DNA from: Candidatus Saccharimonadota bacterium
GTDB taxonomy: Bacteria; Patescibacteriota; Gracilibacteria; UBA1369; 2-02-FULL-48-14
NCBI GenBank assembly: GCA_041661045.1
Contig: JBAZVE010000001.1
Location: forward strand, 570,001-602,000
Direction: 5' to 3'
DNA: 32,000 nucleotides
In this document: piece after piece, positions 31,527-32,000 of the stretch
Layout of the letters: each line of letters starts with the position of its first letter
Numbering within the stretch: the first letter of the stretch is position 1
The notes under the pieces: model-generated
Databases searched by the model: none
Told to the model about the DNA's origin: nothing
Seen by the model: the letters and a program-made list of their open reading frames with translations, nothing else
Program-made: the position numbers and the translations under genes

Positions 31527-32000
31527 ATGGCTAAAGAAACTTTACATCAATTTCTGGCTCACATTGAGACCGCGCTCACGCAGTCTGAAGAAGCTAGTGA
31601 GGCCGGCGGAAACCATGGGGTTATTCAGTCTTATAAAGACGGAGTAATTTGGATTAAAGGCCTTTCCAATTTAAAAATGAACGAGGTAGTGAAAATTGAA
31701 GGTGTAGAAGTGGAAGCGCTCGTGATGAATCTTGAAAAAGACTCTGCGTACGCTCTGGTACTGCAGGCTAATCGTGGAGTTCGTGAAGGACTCTTCGTTC
31801 GCGCGACTGGACAATCCATGTCTCTTCCCGTGAGTGAAGAACTCCTCGGACGCGTGGTGGACCCTCTTGGGACTCCGCTCGATGGACAAAGCCCCATTAA
31901 AGGGGACAAGCGGATGCCACATGAGGCTCCGGCTCCATCCGTGATGGTTCGAAAATCCGTGCACCAACCGGTGCAGACCGGAATCGTGGCCATCGACTCT
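31527..32000 (+). CDS. atpA: F-type ATP synthase subunit alpha, N-terminal part (truncated by window end)
   Basis: Hand translation from ATG 31527: MAKETLHQ...GVIQSYKDGVIWIKGL...LLGRVVDPLGTPLDGQ...VHQPVQTGIVAIDS. The reading frame is open to the window end, so it is absent from the ORF track. Confidence 0.9.
   Translation, partial: MAKETLHQFLAHIETALTQSEEASEAGGNHGVIQSYKDGVIWIKGLSNLKMNEVVKIEGVEVEALVMNLEKDSAYALVLQANRGVREGLFVRATGQSMSLPVSEELLGRVVDPLGTPLDGQSPIKGDKRMPHEAPAPSVMVRKSVHQPVQTGIVAIDS

Noticed and set aside
1-32000. Alternative genetic code (TGA recoded, as in some CPR lineages)
   Set aside because: Conserved genes (apbE, prs, the ferric-reductase-domain gene and others) terminate at TGA at their expected lengths, and no in-frame TGA interrupts the recognisable genes.

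Overview
Gene-dense bacterial chromosome segment using the standard genetic code (TGA serves as a stop). Intergenic gaps are short and many neighbouring genes overlap by 1-11 nt. Recognisable housekeeping content: a PspC-domain protein, a class B penicillin-binding protein, an M16 peptidase, ndk, a pentose-phosphate/PRPP cluster (transketolase-like pair, prs, rpiB, rpe), an inositol monophosphatase-family protein, uvrB, and the start of an F-type ATP synthase operon (atpZ/I-like, atpB, atpE, atpF, atpH, atpA, truncated by the window end). There are also two SLH-domain secreted enzymes, several secreted proteins with DxDxDG calcium-loop repeats, and several orphan proteins. This mix suggests a small-genome, possibly CPR/Patescibacteria-like organism, but lineage is inference only.

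The most interesting locus is a 3.85 kb cassette next to tRNA-Arg(GCG). It is bounded by two ~135 bp near-identical direct repeats, each ending in a copy of the tRNA 3' end. The cassette carries one 1098 aa gene whose product reads by eye as XRE-HTH, Mrr-like PD-(D/E)xK nuclease, TPR/helical repeats and a PIN-like domain, with no P-loop. This is a candidate single-protein defence or abortive-infection system on a tRNA-targeted mini-island that has no integrase.

Other notable items:
- A split NOX-like electron-transfer cluster: FNR-like reductase, ApbE, and a bis-heme ferric-reductase-domain membrane protein.
- An apparently degenerate, miniaturised split transketolase.
- An ATP synthase c subunit with a two-carboxylate, Na+-type ion-site signature.

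No CRISPR array, rRNA, transposase or integrase was seen.
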